The notes under the pieces were generated by a model that saw only the letters and a list, made by a program, of their open reading frames with translations, did not search any database and was not told the DNA's origin. From Eledone cirrhosa (taxonomy: Eukaryota), in the NCBI GenBank assembly GCA_964016885.1, contig OZ024746.1, positions 28,086,001 through 28,150,000 of the forward strand: a stretch of DNA of 64,000 nt, written 5' to 3'. The position numbers and the translations under genes were made by a program. Below are positions 1 to 14,992 of the stretch, in pieces. The stretch's first letter is position 1. Every line of letters begins with the position of its first letter.

Positions 1-190
1 AATAATTGTTTCTACTTTTGGCACAAGGCCAGCAATTACCCAGTACATTACTGGTACTTTATTTTATCGACCCCGTAAGGATGAAAGGCAAAGTTAACCT
101 CGACGGGATTTGAACTCAGACTGTAAAGGGACGTAACTATGCTAGAAAGCATGGCATCCAACCCTCTACCGATACTGCCAATTCATCATC
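1..190 (-). mobile_element. tRNA-derived SINE family A (Deu/Nin-like central domain)
   Basis: Reverse complement reads ggcagtatcggtagaggg (A-box-like) ... tgagttcaaatccc (B-box) ... ctttgcctttcatccttacggggtcgataaaataaagtaccag ... agaaacaattatt. Near-identical copies recur at least 7 times in the window. Confidence 0.8.
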
Positions 191-1289
191 CTCAATATTA
201 TTAATAATAATAATAAATGAAAAAAATAGAAAAATATCAAACTGAATACCAACTCTACAGCATGGTGATATTTCCAGTTGTTGTGAAGGGAGGTTTGGGC
301 TCAATATCACTAAAACTGAGAGTGGAATATCAAACAAACCTTGAATTACAAATTGCTCTCCTACAAATGACTGCCTTGTTGATCACAAAACATACATTCA
401 AAATAGTACTGTCTGTCTAGCATCCTTGGTACAGTGCATATATTAAGGAATGTACTTCTGTCTAACATGTTTGATACAACATATATATTGAGGAAAGTAC
501 TATCTACCATCCTTGGGGACACTCAAAACATAGTAGGGAATCCAGTAATTATATTTACTGAGCAAACCATCAATAATTATAATAAAAATAAATAGTTAAA
601 ACGTCAATGATAGAATCTTCTACAAGGATAATTGAACAACTGTATTACTATATTGTTATTCTTTGTCCTAAGGTATCCAAATGATAGCCATTCAAATCCC
701 ATCAAGGTCATCAAAAATTCCAACCAGTACAAGGATCAATTCTTCATCCCCTCCTCTCCCCCAATTCTCTCTCTCTCTTTCAATGGAAGAAATCAGCTGA
801 GGAGAGAGATCAACTCTGCCATCTTTAAATGCCCATCAAGAGTACATGGTCTATGGATAGTTTCATTGTTCTATATGTATGACATGTAGTCAAATAGTTG
901 TCTCTATCTGAGTAGAAGAGATGCATTTTGTTATTGAGAATATTTCCAAAGTTTCTGAAGCCTTGGGGATCACATCTGTTGTTGTGTAGAACTGTGTGTA
1001 TCTGGGTTAGAAGAGGTACAGCATAACTCTGCATGTCACAAGAGGAGACTAAGGGGATTGGAAGTTACACAGCTGTAAACCATTGCATCATAAAGGTCCC
1101 TATAATAGATATGAAGCCTGTAAGGCTAACCACTGTTTTAATGGAGGAAATGGCTCTAAAATGCTTATTTGATTTGTGTGGAAAATCATGAGTTGTGAGT
1201 TCAATTCCCAGGGTATTTAGTCTCCCAAGCTCCTCCATTCATACAACAGCTATGTATTGAGACAAGAGTATTCTTGTCTAATTGCAGAG

Positions 1290-1550
1290 ACGTTCTAGTG
1301 CTGCAGCTTGGCTTGGTCTATGTTGATACCTTTACGCAGTGTCATAATGACAGAGAGGTTGAGATACTGCAGCCTGACCTGGTCTATGTGTTGTAAGGAC
1401 AGAGAGTTTCTGGTACTGCAGCCTGGCCTGGTCTATGTTGAGACCTTCACTCAGTGCTGTAATGGCCTAGAGTCTGCGATGCTGTAGCTTGGACTGGTCT
1501 ATGTTGATACCTTCACACAATGCTGAGAAGACAATAGAGGTTGAGATACT
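1290..1550. repeat. Degenerate minisatellite (ctgcagcctggcctggtctatgttgatacc core)
   Basis: Four visible recurrences of ...gcagc.tggc.tggtctatgttga.acc. Confidence 0.6.
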
Positions 1551-2559
1551 GTACCAGTGCTACTGGTAACATGTAAGCCAGTACAACCAGTCACATGCTT
1601 GGGTCGTTGGCGACTAAACCAGCAACCCCTCAAATTTTGCTTCGGATACCCTGCAGGATGAAAAACAAAACCTGACAAAGGGTGGAAGAACTCATGAGAG
1701 TCAACAGCTATCCAAATGTGTGTACAGATGTATATATCATGTGGGTGTGTAAATAGAGATATGTTAATTAATGAGTTTGCAGAGCTGCAGTAGATTTCAC
1801 TGGTTGACACTGAATAGTCTTTTGTGGCATCCTTGTGTCCCAGTGTCTGTTCAACATGCCACTCAGCAAACTTATGATGTGCAATATATGCTCATTCAAG
1901 TTGACTGCCTAGCCTCTCTTAGTTTGAAGACCGACCTATGTGGTGAAAAGCCACATCCTACATGAGGTGCCTCTGATATGTCTATCATAAGATAATGTAG
2001 CAGAACAGGTTGGATCTAAAGGAGTAAGCCTTGATAAAAATCTTTTTGTCTCATAGAAAGCAGAAGGTCATGTGACGATTATCAGTTTAATTAGCTGACC
2101 CTGGCATCACAAACACCAGTGACTTCGCAGATGATCAACTATTAATTCAACAATAGGTTGGCACAACAGCTTCAGTTGGTGGAAAAATCTATGAGTATGC
2201 AGGTGTAGCAAGTCACATATATTTAAGCCATTAGAAAAAAACAAAATGAATGCTTCACATTTGAATGAGGGATGACTCAGGAAGAAGGAGAAGAGCTTGG
2301 TCTGGTGCCCCGTGATACCTTTACTCAGTGCTGTGAGGTGCGGTGACATAGTTATCAGTAGGAGAGGAATTTATTCAATACAGCTTGTAACTGATGGCAA
2401 CTGCTTATATCTATAGAAGATAGCTTGTAACTAATGGCCACAGCTGGTATCTATAGATGATAGCTGATACTTATTGTTGCTTGTACATATCTTAGATAGC
2501 TGCAAATCATTACTCATTTTTGGTATCTGTTGCTGGCAATTGTGGCTATTAGCTCTTGC

Positions 2560-2900
2560 TGATACTGGTTAGAGCTTGATGGTACTTGTTGGTATTTGCT
2601 GATAACTGGTACTTGCTGGTACATAATACTGACAGCTGGTACGTGTTGGTATTTGCTGATAACAGGTACATAACACTGACAGCTGGTACTTGTTGGTATT
2701 TGCTGATAACAGGTACATAATACTGACAGCTGGTATTGTTGGTATTTGCTGAAAACTGGTACATGATACTGACAGCTGGTATTGTTGGTATTTGCTGATA
2801 ACTGGTACATGATACTGACAGCTGGTACTTGTTGGTATTTGCTAATACCTAACTCCGATAGCTGGCACTTGGTATTTGCTGGTGCCTAATACTGATAACT
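2560..2900. repeat. ~46-bp tandem repeat
   Basis: Unit gctggtacttgttggtatttgctgataactggtacataatactgaca repeated ~6-7 times. It explains the periodic ORFs 2514..2810 and 2549..2764. Confidence 0.9.
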
Positions 2901-3521
2901 GGTATATATTGCTTGTAGCTAGTACAAACTGCCAATATCTGCTGCCTATTGCTAATACCTATAGATGATACCCATAGATGATATCTAGAAAAGATTGCTG
3001 GTGCCTATTGTTGACAGCTATAGATCAAAAGCTTGTACCAATTGCTAATACCTATAGATGTTGATGAAAGCTGGTGCCTATTGCTGATATCCAATAGATG
3101 ATAGCTGGTGCCTGTTACTGATAGCTGACATCCTGTCTTTATTGCTGCTGGTTAGATAAAATTAGATAATGTAACATAATAACTTTCTTGGTCCAGAAAC
3201 ACATCAAAATGATTGCAGCAAATTTGAACTCTTCACCTATAAACGGTTGCTTTGCTAACTTAAACATTCAGTCAATTCCATTTGACCTTCTCAGAGTATT
3301 GCATCATGATTCATGTGGTAAACCATTCTCTGATTCAGACATTTTATAGCACCATTTGTTGGAAATGTCAGAAAATGGTAAAAGGAGAGAAATTTCATTA
3401 TCAGAACTGGTTTACAGCTTTGTTAGTTACAGCAGAATTTTCTGCAAACGTTGCCATTATTGATGCTGACAATATATATATAGTATTTAAGATATAAATG
3501 TATGTGTCTATCTGTGCATAG

Positions 3522-3559
<38 letters not shown>

Positions 3560-3709
3560 TGTCATGCTTTGTTAGTTACAGAAGAATTTTCAACAAAGAC
3601 AGCAGGAGTAAAACTATTATTGAACTTGACAATGTATTTACACTCTAGAGTACCCAAGAACTAAATGTATGTGCATGTACGTGTATATTACAGAATATAT
3701 TTCCATCAA

Positions 3710-3742
<33 letters not shown>

Positions 3743-3828
3743 CATTTCTGCTAATATTTGATCTCTGAAAATTTCTGGGTATGTATTCAGCTGTCTCTCT
3801 TCTTTTGTGCATTAATGTTATGTATATG

Positions 3829-3875
<47 letters not shown>

Positions 3876-6804
3876 GTGCATATTTGAAAGAAATATATTC
3901 TATAGCATGAAAACAGTTCTACTTTTTCTATTATGAAATATTTAATTTAATTCTACAGTAGTATAAGTTACATAAAAATATATATACTTAGTATTTTCTT
4001 ACTTTTTTCTTACCTCCCCTTATCGTTTTTTATGTAGTGTTTTTAAACATTACAAAATATTTGGTTTCTCCTTTTAGGGGCATTTGTTTATCTAATTTTA
4101 TAAAGTATACTCTTTAAAATATTCTATTGTGTCTATGTTGTGTGTGCTTTTTATTTGTATATATATATGTATTTATCAGACATTTTGTTTCATAACAATG
4201 AAAAACATATTTCCATATATATGTGTGTGTGTGTGTTATGTAATATACATACATACACATTCTTTCTGTGTATGCATTTATAAGTGTTGTTTCCAGCATT
4301 CATTCTTGGAATTATATTATAAGCTTTTTTCCCTGCTGTTTTCAAAATTAAATAACACATACATACACATAGTATATAATATAATATATATATATACAAA
4401 TATATATATATATATATTCTTTCTGTTTTTTACTATACATGCATTCTTCTCAGTCTTTGACAAAGTCAGCAAAGTCTTTGGCAGAGTGTGTGGGTTGAGG
4501 GGGGTTATAGAAATGATTTCTGCTGATTATTGGTTTTGAAATTTTGGCTTCTTCATATTCAGCACAAGTTCTTCCATTTCTTTCATACACACAAACATAC
4601 ATTATGTATATATATATTTTTTCTCTTTTTGTTGTTCCATATATATATTTTTTTTGCAATATATTTTTCAAAATTAATTCTGTTTTCCTTTTGATAATTA
4701 TTTTATTATATCTTTTTATGTATTTGTATGTTAGAAATTCCAACATTTAAGTGTTTATAATTTTTATATTTTATTATTCAAGTTTATCTTATTAGATATA
4801 TATCTATATTATATTATATATATATATATATATATATACATTACATTAATATATTATGTGTATATTATATAATATTATAAAAACATTAAAACCTTTTTTA
4901 TATTATTTGACTTTACATTATTAGATACATGTATTTCTATATTAGATATATATATATATATTGTATTAATATATTATAAATACATATCTTATTTAATATA
5001 TTATATATACATATATAAATTTATATAAAATAATATATGTTCATTATATATATATGTTTTAAATGACTGACAAATTTTGAAACACGTAACATTAGAAAGA
5101 CCTTTCTATCAATATTTGTAATAATATTAATTCCTTACACTAACCGAGGAACACATATTGACAGAGGTGGCGTCAATGTGTGTTCCTCGGAAGGATGAAG
5201 GCTAAAGATGACCTCAACAAGATTTGAAAGCACGTGAAAAGGCATTTTGTCTGATGTTTAAACAATTCTGCCAATTACGAGATTTCTGTTTAATTTACAA
5301 CTCTAAACACATATGGAAGCTATGTCTAAATACCAACCATGTTTGAAATAAAACAGATTTGTAGGGTAAAAATATGGAAGATTCAATCTAGAATACATGA
5401 ATACATGAAATCCAGGCTTTGGTTTGTGTTTTTGATGGTAGAATCCTCAAAATAGATAATATCAACAATTTAATCAATGCTAGGCTGAGCGCATCACCTG
5501 CTTTAACACCACTATCTGCCCTCTGTGAGTTCTTGCAAGTATTCAAATGGGGCTTTCTGTGTCTAAGAATAATTCAGTATTTTAAGTTGGACTACTTTAC
5601 ACTACATGTGTAGCCCTCAATAGGGACACCATATTCCTGCATGTTTCAAGGAGTAACCAATGTACATGCATACATATATATATATATACTGCTATGTGTA
5701 TGCAGTTTAGAATAGATACATCGCATGTAATAAAAGTAGACTTAAAGGGTTGGTGCAGGGGAGGGTGTCCATCCATATAACATTGCCTCACAAAAAACTC
5801 CATGAGTATGAAGACTGCCATAGGGCCTACTAAGCTGACCTTTGCTTTATCAGGGAAAATAGTCCTAAAACACTTGTAGTGCCTGTATTGAAAAGATATA
5901 GCTTACATAGTGGCAATTGTTTTTTAATGCATTGAAACTACTTCTATGTGGCATTTTTATCAAGTTCCATTAGGTAGCTTACTTGTCCAATTGTTACATT
6001 CCCTCCTTTCTTAATAAAAACAAAATATTATTTTATAGCATTCTTTACAAAACAACCGATGGATGTTGCTTCATGGTCAGATGGGACTGAACTCCAAAGG
6101 TTAGCAAAGGAGGTGTAGCTATTATATCATATTGATGACATGTTTAGTGTGTGTATACATATTTACACATGCTAATGGACCCACATATATCATCATCACG
6201 ATCATCATTGTCGTTTTAACATCTGTTTTCCATGCTAGCAAGGGTTGGACATATATATATATATATACACATATACTCATGTGATTATACAGTGAAATAT
6301 ATGAGGAAGCTGGCAATTGAAACAAGGATGTGAAACCCTCTGCTGTAAAAGTGTGTGAAATCTAATTATGACTTGTGTATACCAACTAATGTTTGATAAA
6401 CTGTCATATTTGATATCTGAAAAGTTCTAACAAGTGACATCCACATCAACCATGATTGATATACAGTCAAACTATGTTTGGCTGTATATTAAATTATATT
6501 AGAAAGACATTACAAACATGTTTTATTATGTAAGTAAGCTCACTCATTGTCAGTATATATGTTAGCTATATTCTGAATAAAAAGCTAATAAGAGGGAATC
6601 TATGCCATCAATCAACCTGCTAGACATAATAGCGAGTTCTTCCTTAAACCACAACCACATCAGATAAGTTCTAGTAAAAGATGAACAGATCACAGTTGGG
6701 ACCTATGTCATAATATATCTTCTCAATCAAAGCTGATATGAGGTTCAACAAGCATCAACAACAACTCTCACAAACTCCATTATAGCACAGGTTGTTTTTT
6801 CTGG

Positions 6805-6985
6805 ATGTTTAACCCTTTCATTACCATATTTCTAATGAAAGACACTGCCTATGTCATTAAACCTTTCATTATCATATTTCTAGTAAAAGACACTGCCTAT
6901 GTCTTTAACATTTTCATTACCATATTTCCAATGAAAGACATTGCCTATTTCATTAACCTTTTCATTACCATATTTCTCGTGAAAG
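6805..6985 (+). repeat. 48-bp tandem repeat starting TTAACCCTTT
   Basis: Unit ttaaccctttcattaccatatttctaatgaaagacactgcctatgtca, about 4 copies. A reverse-complement array of the same unit lies at 25440-25630. Confidence 0.8.
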
Positions 6986-7667
6986 TAATCAAGAATTTTG
7001 ATGGATTTTGTGAAATAACTATTTTTTTCATTTTTAAGCTGGCATTTGGAACTATATAATATTATATAGGATATTTACTTTTAAATGGCTTTGCTTATCA
7101 GGGTATAGTTTCATGTAGTTGAATATCAAGATGATTATACCGTTTAATAACTTTTTGACTGGATGTTTAAAAAACACTACCAATCTACACACTGTATTTT
7201 AAATGTAAATATAAACACTTTAAAACATGGCCTTGAATCATAGAAGGAGGTTAATTGAATATGAGAAGAGTTAAATCCACAACATAACTGTAGAGATTTT
7301 AAAATATTCTTTTTATTGGCTGCTCGAGAAAGCCAACTAATCTATACAATGTATCATGGAACCAAGGATAGTTTCAGATAGTTTGTTTTCAGAATGTTTA
7401 TGAATGTACATGAATATTTAAAATTTAAAATTTGTTCTAAGCCTGCAGCTTAGCCTTGTATCATTGATGTTATGTGACCAAGAGTACACTCTCCCCTGGA
7501 TAGGATGCGAAACTATCACAGGTTTGTCACTTAGCTGCTGGTACTGTCTTTCAGCAGAATAGACGAGAGCAATGTGAAATGAAGTGTTTTGTTCAAGGAC
7601 ACATGCTGCCTGGTCCATAAATTGAACCAATGGGATTGTGATCTTGATCCCAACATCTAATGCATCA

Positions 7668-7960
7668 TCACATCACCATCACTCGTCGACTACTGTCGAG
7701 ATGATGGATCTCACTCTCATGCCCCAGAATCCCCTGTCCCCCATCGCTGCCCCCAGGTCCTGTCTGTTGATTCCCGTATCCCTAGAGATAACGTCAGGGA
7801 GTGACAGCTTCCTACTCCTAGTCAGGCTGGAGTCAGGGTTCCAGAGCAAGAGAGCGGATATGATTGCATTGCTGGCACGGTGACAGTGGCCAGCAAATTG
7901 AGCTCTCCAGGATTTTAGAAGGGCAGAGGCTCGAGGGAGTTTGCCATAGATTTTAGACAC
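7668..7960 (-). mobile_element. 3' end fragment of an RTE-clade LINE
   Basis: Translation IYGKLP..S..L...R.QFAGHC.R....IS.LLLW.P ... DR.FW is typical of an RTE ORF C-terminus, and it is followed by a (GAT)n-like tail. Confidence 0.7.
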
Positions 7961-8532
7961 ATCTAATGCACTAGGCTGTGAACCTTTGCATAATACATGA
8001 ATAATTATAGGTTTTTAAAAATATCATTTTATACTGACTCTTCAAAAACACGATTAATCTATACAGTGTTTTTATGACATTCTTCTACAAACATTACTGT
8101 TTCACACACACAAAACATTGATTTGTACTTAGCTTTCATTATAATTTGCTTTATTTATCATGGATGCGTAAGTCTTATTTTTCTAATACTGAGCTACTGT
8201 CTCTCTCCGGGTTCTGACTGAGATATTACCTTTGTCTAATATCTATAACTATTATCTCTAATCTGAACAGAGAATGGTTTCCTGAAATAGTATCTAATCA
8301 AATGAACAGGGTTGGGTAGAAAATGTGTGTCGCACTGTTTCTTTACTCATCTCAATAGCATACAGACATATATGCACATATACACACACACACATGTATG
8401 TATGTATACATAATATATATACACACACACATGTGTATGTATATATAATATATATACACACACACATATATATATATGTATATATATACACACACACATA
8501 TATATATATATATATGTATATATAATATATAT

Positions 8533-8567
<35 letters not shown>

Positions 8568-8800
8568 GAATAGGTACCGTCTAGGGTTGTGAATTTCATA
8601 TCAGAAGTTAGTAAAATATATAGAAACTTCTATCTAGATGTAGACTATAGTCTATAGTCTTCAATCTTGCCTGCAGCTATTATATTTTGTGTTTATAGCC
8701 ATTAATCCCACTTGATTACATTCACAAATGTCTGGTTCAAATACTTGAAATCTAATCTATTATTGGCATTCTAGAAACTGAAGAAGAACAATACACACAC

Positions 8801-8855
<55 letters not shown>

Positions 8856-10374
8856 TGTGTGTGTGAAAGTATTTGTTGCTGACATCTAAGAATTCTAACA
8901 ATGGAATCATGTCTTTGTCAAAAGTGAGAGACCAATTCTGACAGAGAGATGAACTTTAACAACCATTGTTAAACAAATCTTGATGTTTCAAATCTTCTCG
9001 GAATTTACAATGAAAGGGAAAAAAATGTGACATATTTGAACAAAGATTATGGCATGCCAACAATTATAGTACCTAGTATTGTCAGTGGTTTTTGCAACCT
9101 TTCCAGTCATGCTTTATATTTAAACATTACTGCGTGCCAGCAATTATTGTATCTAACTGTGTGGTAACCTTTTCAAACATGATTTTTAGACTTGCCAATA
9201 AATTTGTGTTTTATGCTGCTTATTGATAATTTAACTGAGTGTATGGGGTATTGCCTTACATCTATTTTCCCATGCTTGCAAGAAATGTATGAAGCCTAGA
9301 GTTTATTCCACTTTTATGGGCATTAAATGACAGTATAGACATGACACCTGTCTATCTTAGAGTTCACTTCCAGCTACTATGACAGCAATGTGAAACAGAA
9401 GTACTTTGCTCAAGGACATAAGGCTTCACACAATATAAGAAACAAACCCATTTTCTTATGATTGTGATTTGACCAGTTTAGAAAAGGTACACCATATGCC
9501 TGTGTCATAACAAATAAATGGGCTGGAGCTAGGAAGGGCATTCAAACATAAAACAGTGCCCACTCTCCTGAAACAAATATAACCCATGGTGAGTAGGAAA
9601 CCTATCATATGACCCACAAGGCTAACCTGTTTCAGCAAAGAAAATAGCTTCAAAATACTTGTTATATATTAATGATGCAGTGAAATAAAGAACACCCCTC
9701 ATATACATACAGTCTGTGTATTACACTATTATTTACTTTTAGTGTTACAAATTTAATTTTTTGGATAAGAACTGGCTGCTTGGTACTAGTGATTTTAGTG
9801 TCAGATACCCTTGAAATATTAAGTATTTTTCAATACCCTCTTCAAGTGGGGGAATTAATCCTTTAATAGTTTCATTACCATATAAAAAAAATTTACTCTA
9901 CATATAATTTTCATTTTGAAAATAATGAAACTTTTGGAGAGATTTAGCAATATAACTAATTTTCTCATTAAGATGGTGTGTGAAGCTTAAGGGTTTTAAA
10001 TGGGATGAGGGGCAGTTTCAAGAATTTGTCTACAAATAAGTGATTTGCCAAAACTATATTGTAAGACAGAAGTTGTCAATAGACAATGGTAATTGTTATG
10101 TCATTGATCATGCTGACTGAAAAATATGTTCTTTTGTTAAGTTTTAATAAGATATCACTCTTTCTTTCTTTTTCTGCCTCTAACCTTGGCTATTCTTAAT
10201 TCCTATCTCATATCCGACAGAAAAACAATTTGATGTTGTTGTTGTTAAATAAATAATCATTACTTCTTTTGTCTTCTATCTTTAATAATATTATCATCAT
10301 AGATTATTTCTTTACTTAGATATTTTACACAATTTAATTCTCTCTCTCTTTCTCTTTCTATGCTTCCTCTTATG

Positions 10375-10409
<35 letters not shown>

Positions 10410-11226
10410 GGAAAAAACACCTTTGGTTATGAATGACCATGGAGTTTGCCACTAGAAAGTTCCCTTCCATAGCACAAGTCTGGCTAAAACTGTTTGTCCC
10501 CCATGCATACCAGTTTCCACACCACTTATGTTGTCCAAGGGAAAAGCAAAGACCGATACAGCTTGGTACCAGTGACATCACAACTCAACTGGAGCAACAT
10601 CAAATAAAATGACTTGCTCAAAGACACAATCCATTGCCCAGTCTAGGAATTGAACTCACAACTTCACAATTGTGAATCTGATGTTCTAACTACTAAGACA
10701 TACACCTTCACTCCCTCTTTTTATATATAAACTTTGTCTCCAATTTTGTTTAGCCCTGCCTTGTCTCTTTTTTTTTACATAAATTCTCTCTTATTCTTTC
10801 TTTCTCCATTTTAACATGATTTCTTTCCCTGTCCCATGTCATCTCCTCTCCTCCCTCCCTTTCTCTCATTCACCCCCCCCCCCCTCACTTCATCACTCAT
10901 TCAATATCTAACTGCTTAATTTCCACCACATGTCTCTCTCTCTTGCTTTCACACGCCCATACTATATCTCTCTTTCACTCATATTCTCTTCATATCACCT
11001 TCATCTCAGTTTCATCTCCCCACCCTCTCTATCTCAGCTTCATCTCTTCCCACATTCTCTCAGCTTTACCCCCCCCCCCCTCTCTCTCTCTTGCTTTCCA
11101 TATCTGATTCATCTTAACACACTTTCCTTTTTTTCCCTATTATTATCACATTAACTGTTACACTCTCCAGTTCATCACTCTTCCTTCTACCCTTGTTCCT
11201 TGGGTTCGCCCACCACAACCACCATT

Positions 11227-11257
<31 letters not shown>

Positions 11258-12137
11258 AATCAAGACATATCTATAATTACCTACATTATTGTATGTCTGA
11301 TCAATTGTTCAATCCCATGCCCACACCCCTCTATAAATACAGAGTTATGGAAGATGTCTACCAACAACAGATCACCCTATGAAATTATTAGTACCATAAA
11401 ATTTGACTGATGCCATGAATTATATATATATATATATATATATATACAAACATACATGCATATATATATATGTCTATATATATATGTACACACATATACA
11501 CCCACACACACACATATATATAAATATATACACACACACGCACATGATTTTTTCCTTCTCTCGCCATAAACCGACAAAAATAATAGCAACAACAAAAAGA
11601 ACATTAAATAATACTGCAAAAAAAAAATAATAAAACAACAACACAAACATTCAATAATTTCTTTGTTTTTTAGTCTTTTTCTTTTTTAGTTTTTTTTTTT
11701 TTTCAACTTTCAAAAACATCACAAACAGTAAAAAAAAACAATAAAAATAATAATAACCAAACCACTAGACTGGTTTGATATAAAAAAAGACAAAAAAAAA
11801 CAGTTAAAAAAAGAAATTAATAGTAACAATAATAATAATCATAATGATTTCTTACATAAACATGGCACCTCAGATTTATATGGAAGATATGTATGTGTGT
11901 ATGTATGTGTGTGTGTGTGCATGTGCGCACATATATACATTAATTTGTTATGTAACAGAAGCGACCTTACAACTTATTCAAGTGTTTCAATAAGCATTTA
12001 TCGAAAGGTTATGTACATATGTGATAATGCAAGGTAGCTATTATATAATAAATTGACATACAAACTCTATGTACTTAAATATTGAGTCTTTTACATTTTC
12101 TCTGAAAAATAAAAAAAATTTCCATAGACTATAAACA

Positions 12138-12192
12138 ATATATATATATATATATAATATATATATATATAATATACATATAATATATATAT

Positions 12193-12223
<31 letters not shown>

Positions 12224-12501
12224 ATATATATATAATATATATAAATATATATAATATATATATAATTAATATAAATATATATAATATATATATATAATAT
12301 AAATATATATAATATATATATAATATATATAAATATATATAATATATATATAATTAATATAAATATATATAATATATATATATAATATAAATATATATAA
12401 TATATATATATAATATATATATATAATATATATATATAATATATATATATATTATATATATATAATATATATATATAATATATATATTATATATATATAA
12501 T

Positions 12502-12533
<32 letters not shown>

Positions 12534-12615
12534 ATATATATATATAATATATATATAATATATATATATAATATATATAATATATATATATATAATATAT
12601 ATATAATATATATAT
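12138..12615. repeat. (TA)n/TAATATATA microsatellite
   Basis: Pure A/T periodic tract. Confidence 0.95.
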
Positions 12616-13599
12616 AGAGAGAGAGAGAAAGAGAGGTATAGAGAGAGATGGGGGGGATTGTGAGAGGGAGAGGGAGAGATTGTGAGAGAGAGAAAACTGA
12701 ATGTGGTGATGTTTGGAACATTCATACATTTTCCTGTGATATTAACTGACCATAAATGACATACATAGGAGTTGAAATATTTTCACAGAATTTGATCACT
12801 GAGAGTCCCTATCTACAACCACCGAAGAGTACCAGTCAATCAGTATATATTACAATTCTTTTTTAAAATTTATATATATTTCATAATAATAATAAAAATA
12901 GTGTTTTAATTAGGAGGGTAGTGCTCCAGCATGGCCATGGTCACGATGACTAAACCAAACTAAAGCACTAAAGAACACAATGTGGCAATTAGAGTTTGAC
13001 CAGTTATAATAATGCCTAAAGCAGAATTTGATCTTCTGATACCTGACATTCAATGGTTGCTTGCTTACACATGCATGCACACACACATTTATTTATTGTC
13101 TTTCATATACATGATGTTCAGCACATTCACCTTAAGACGTGGCCAACAAACAAAGCTTGCACCTATGTAGGCTTTGTTAACTCATGATACCTTTGATTGC
13201 AAATGGACTATCATGTGTATGAAACATAATATATATTAACTCTGTTTGTATATAGAACACTATCTTTGCATTGATAGTTTTGGCTATATACATACATACA
13301 TACATTCATACATACATTATATATCATCATCATCATCATCATCATCGTTTAATGCCTATCTTCCATGCTAGCATGGGTTAGATGGGTTTGTCCCATTTGA
13401 GGCAAGTTGGGTCGAGTAACCATGTCTCGCTCAAATAGGACTGTGTTTGGTTAAATAAAATACATACAGGCTAACTGGTGATCAGCCTACTCTGAGTATC
13501 ATGGGAATAAAATGTTGGATGTCAAAATCATATACATTCATCATGGCCGTTATGTTGTTGGACCTCTGTCGGATTCGAAGGCAAATGTCTCAGGGCTCA

Positions 13600-13850
13600 A
13601 ACAATTAATAAACAAGTAGTTAAGTATTCCACAAACATGTATAATCTTGACATAGTCCTCAGGGAGATTCAGCATGACACAGTGTGTGACATGGCAAGCC
13701 ATTTGGAAATACAGCTACAGCTTATTTTTGTCAACTGAATAGACCAAAGCAATGTGAAATAAAAACTATATTGCTCAAAAATACAATACGCTGCCGGGAA
13801 TCAAACTCACAACCTTATGATTGTGAGCCAAACACATTAATCACTAAGCT
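13600..13850 (-). mobile_element. Degenerate tRNA-derived SINE
   Basis: Minus strand gives gcttagtgatta...ggttgtgagtttgattcccggcagcgtattgtatttttgagcaa...tttcacattgct, a diverged relative of the SINE-B head. A similar copy lies at ~55575-55850 (+). Confidence 0.55.
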
Positions 13851-13874
13851 ACCCCTAATCACTTGAGCTGCTGC

Positions 13875-13916
<42 letters not shown>

Positions 13917-14288
13917 CGTGTGTATGTAAAAGGTAAACAGAAATAACAACACAATCAGTACATTATATGGAAGGGATATATTAGGTTAATGCTTGATATA
14001 GCAGGAGGTGATATTGGGGTTTTCCAATATAGATCCTGGTAAAGGTGAGAGAAGCTCGATGCTATCCAGTTACATTGATACAGCAGTAATTCAAATTTGG
14101 CTGAGGATTTTCCCAGCCATTGGAGATTCTGTTGTAGACTGTTAAGAGTTATCTCTTATATGTAATACAGTTGAGACTTCAAACAATATCAAAATTCATG
14201 AAGATATGTAGAACAATGGATGGATACCTCATATGGCCTACCACTCTACACTGAAACATATAGAATTAAAAACATGTTCTCTCTCCAG

Positions 14289-14336
<48 letters not shown>

Positions 14337-14918
14337 TCATCCATCAGACATAGGTGCAAGGCTAGACATTTGGCAGTAAAAGAACAGTTAATGTAACTAA
14401 CCCAAGTACATGACTGGTACAATACTACTACTATTAATAATAATAATAATAAACCAAACTTTTTCAAGCATATTACAATTTGGTCAGTTGTGCAACATAT
14501 TTAATGAGAAAAATATATCGGCAGTTGAAGACAAAGGGCAGATGGAGAAGTGGAGAGTGGAGTGGGGGGTGGGGGTGGGGTAGGGTGAAAAGAAGTACCT
14601 TACAAAATTATCAGCCAAGAAGAGGTAACAACAACAACAACATACATCAACAGCATGAAGCATAACATTAACGTTAATACTTCTTTCTAACATAGTCCAG
14701 TAATGTGAGGGGAGGGGAACTGAACTGTATCAACCCCAGTATTTTACTGGTAATAATAACACAAGTTCTTGGGATAGTTTGAAAGACATGATTTTTTTCC
14801 AATCTATCTGATTGATAGCCACCCCAATGACTAGCACTGGGTGCGTGGGATACCCGAGGCAACAAACAGGAAATATATCCTATGCAACCTAATTCTTTCT
14901 CTATCTCAAGGTACATAA

Positions 14919-14959
<41 letters not shown>

Positions 14960-14961
14960 TA

Positions 14962-14992
<31 letters not shown>

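Noticed and set aside
1980-2350. Possible RT remnant (DFADD)
   Set aside because: Too degenerate to call from one motif.
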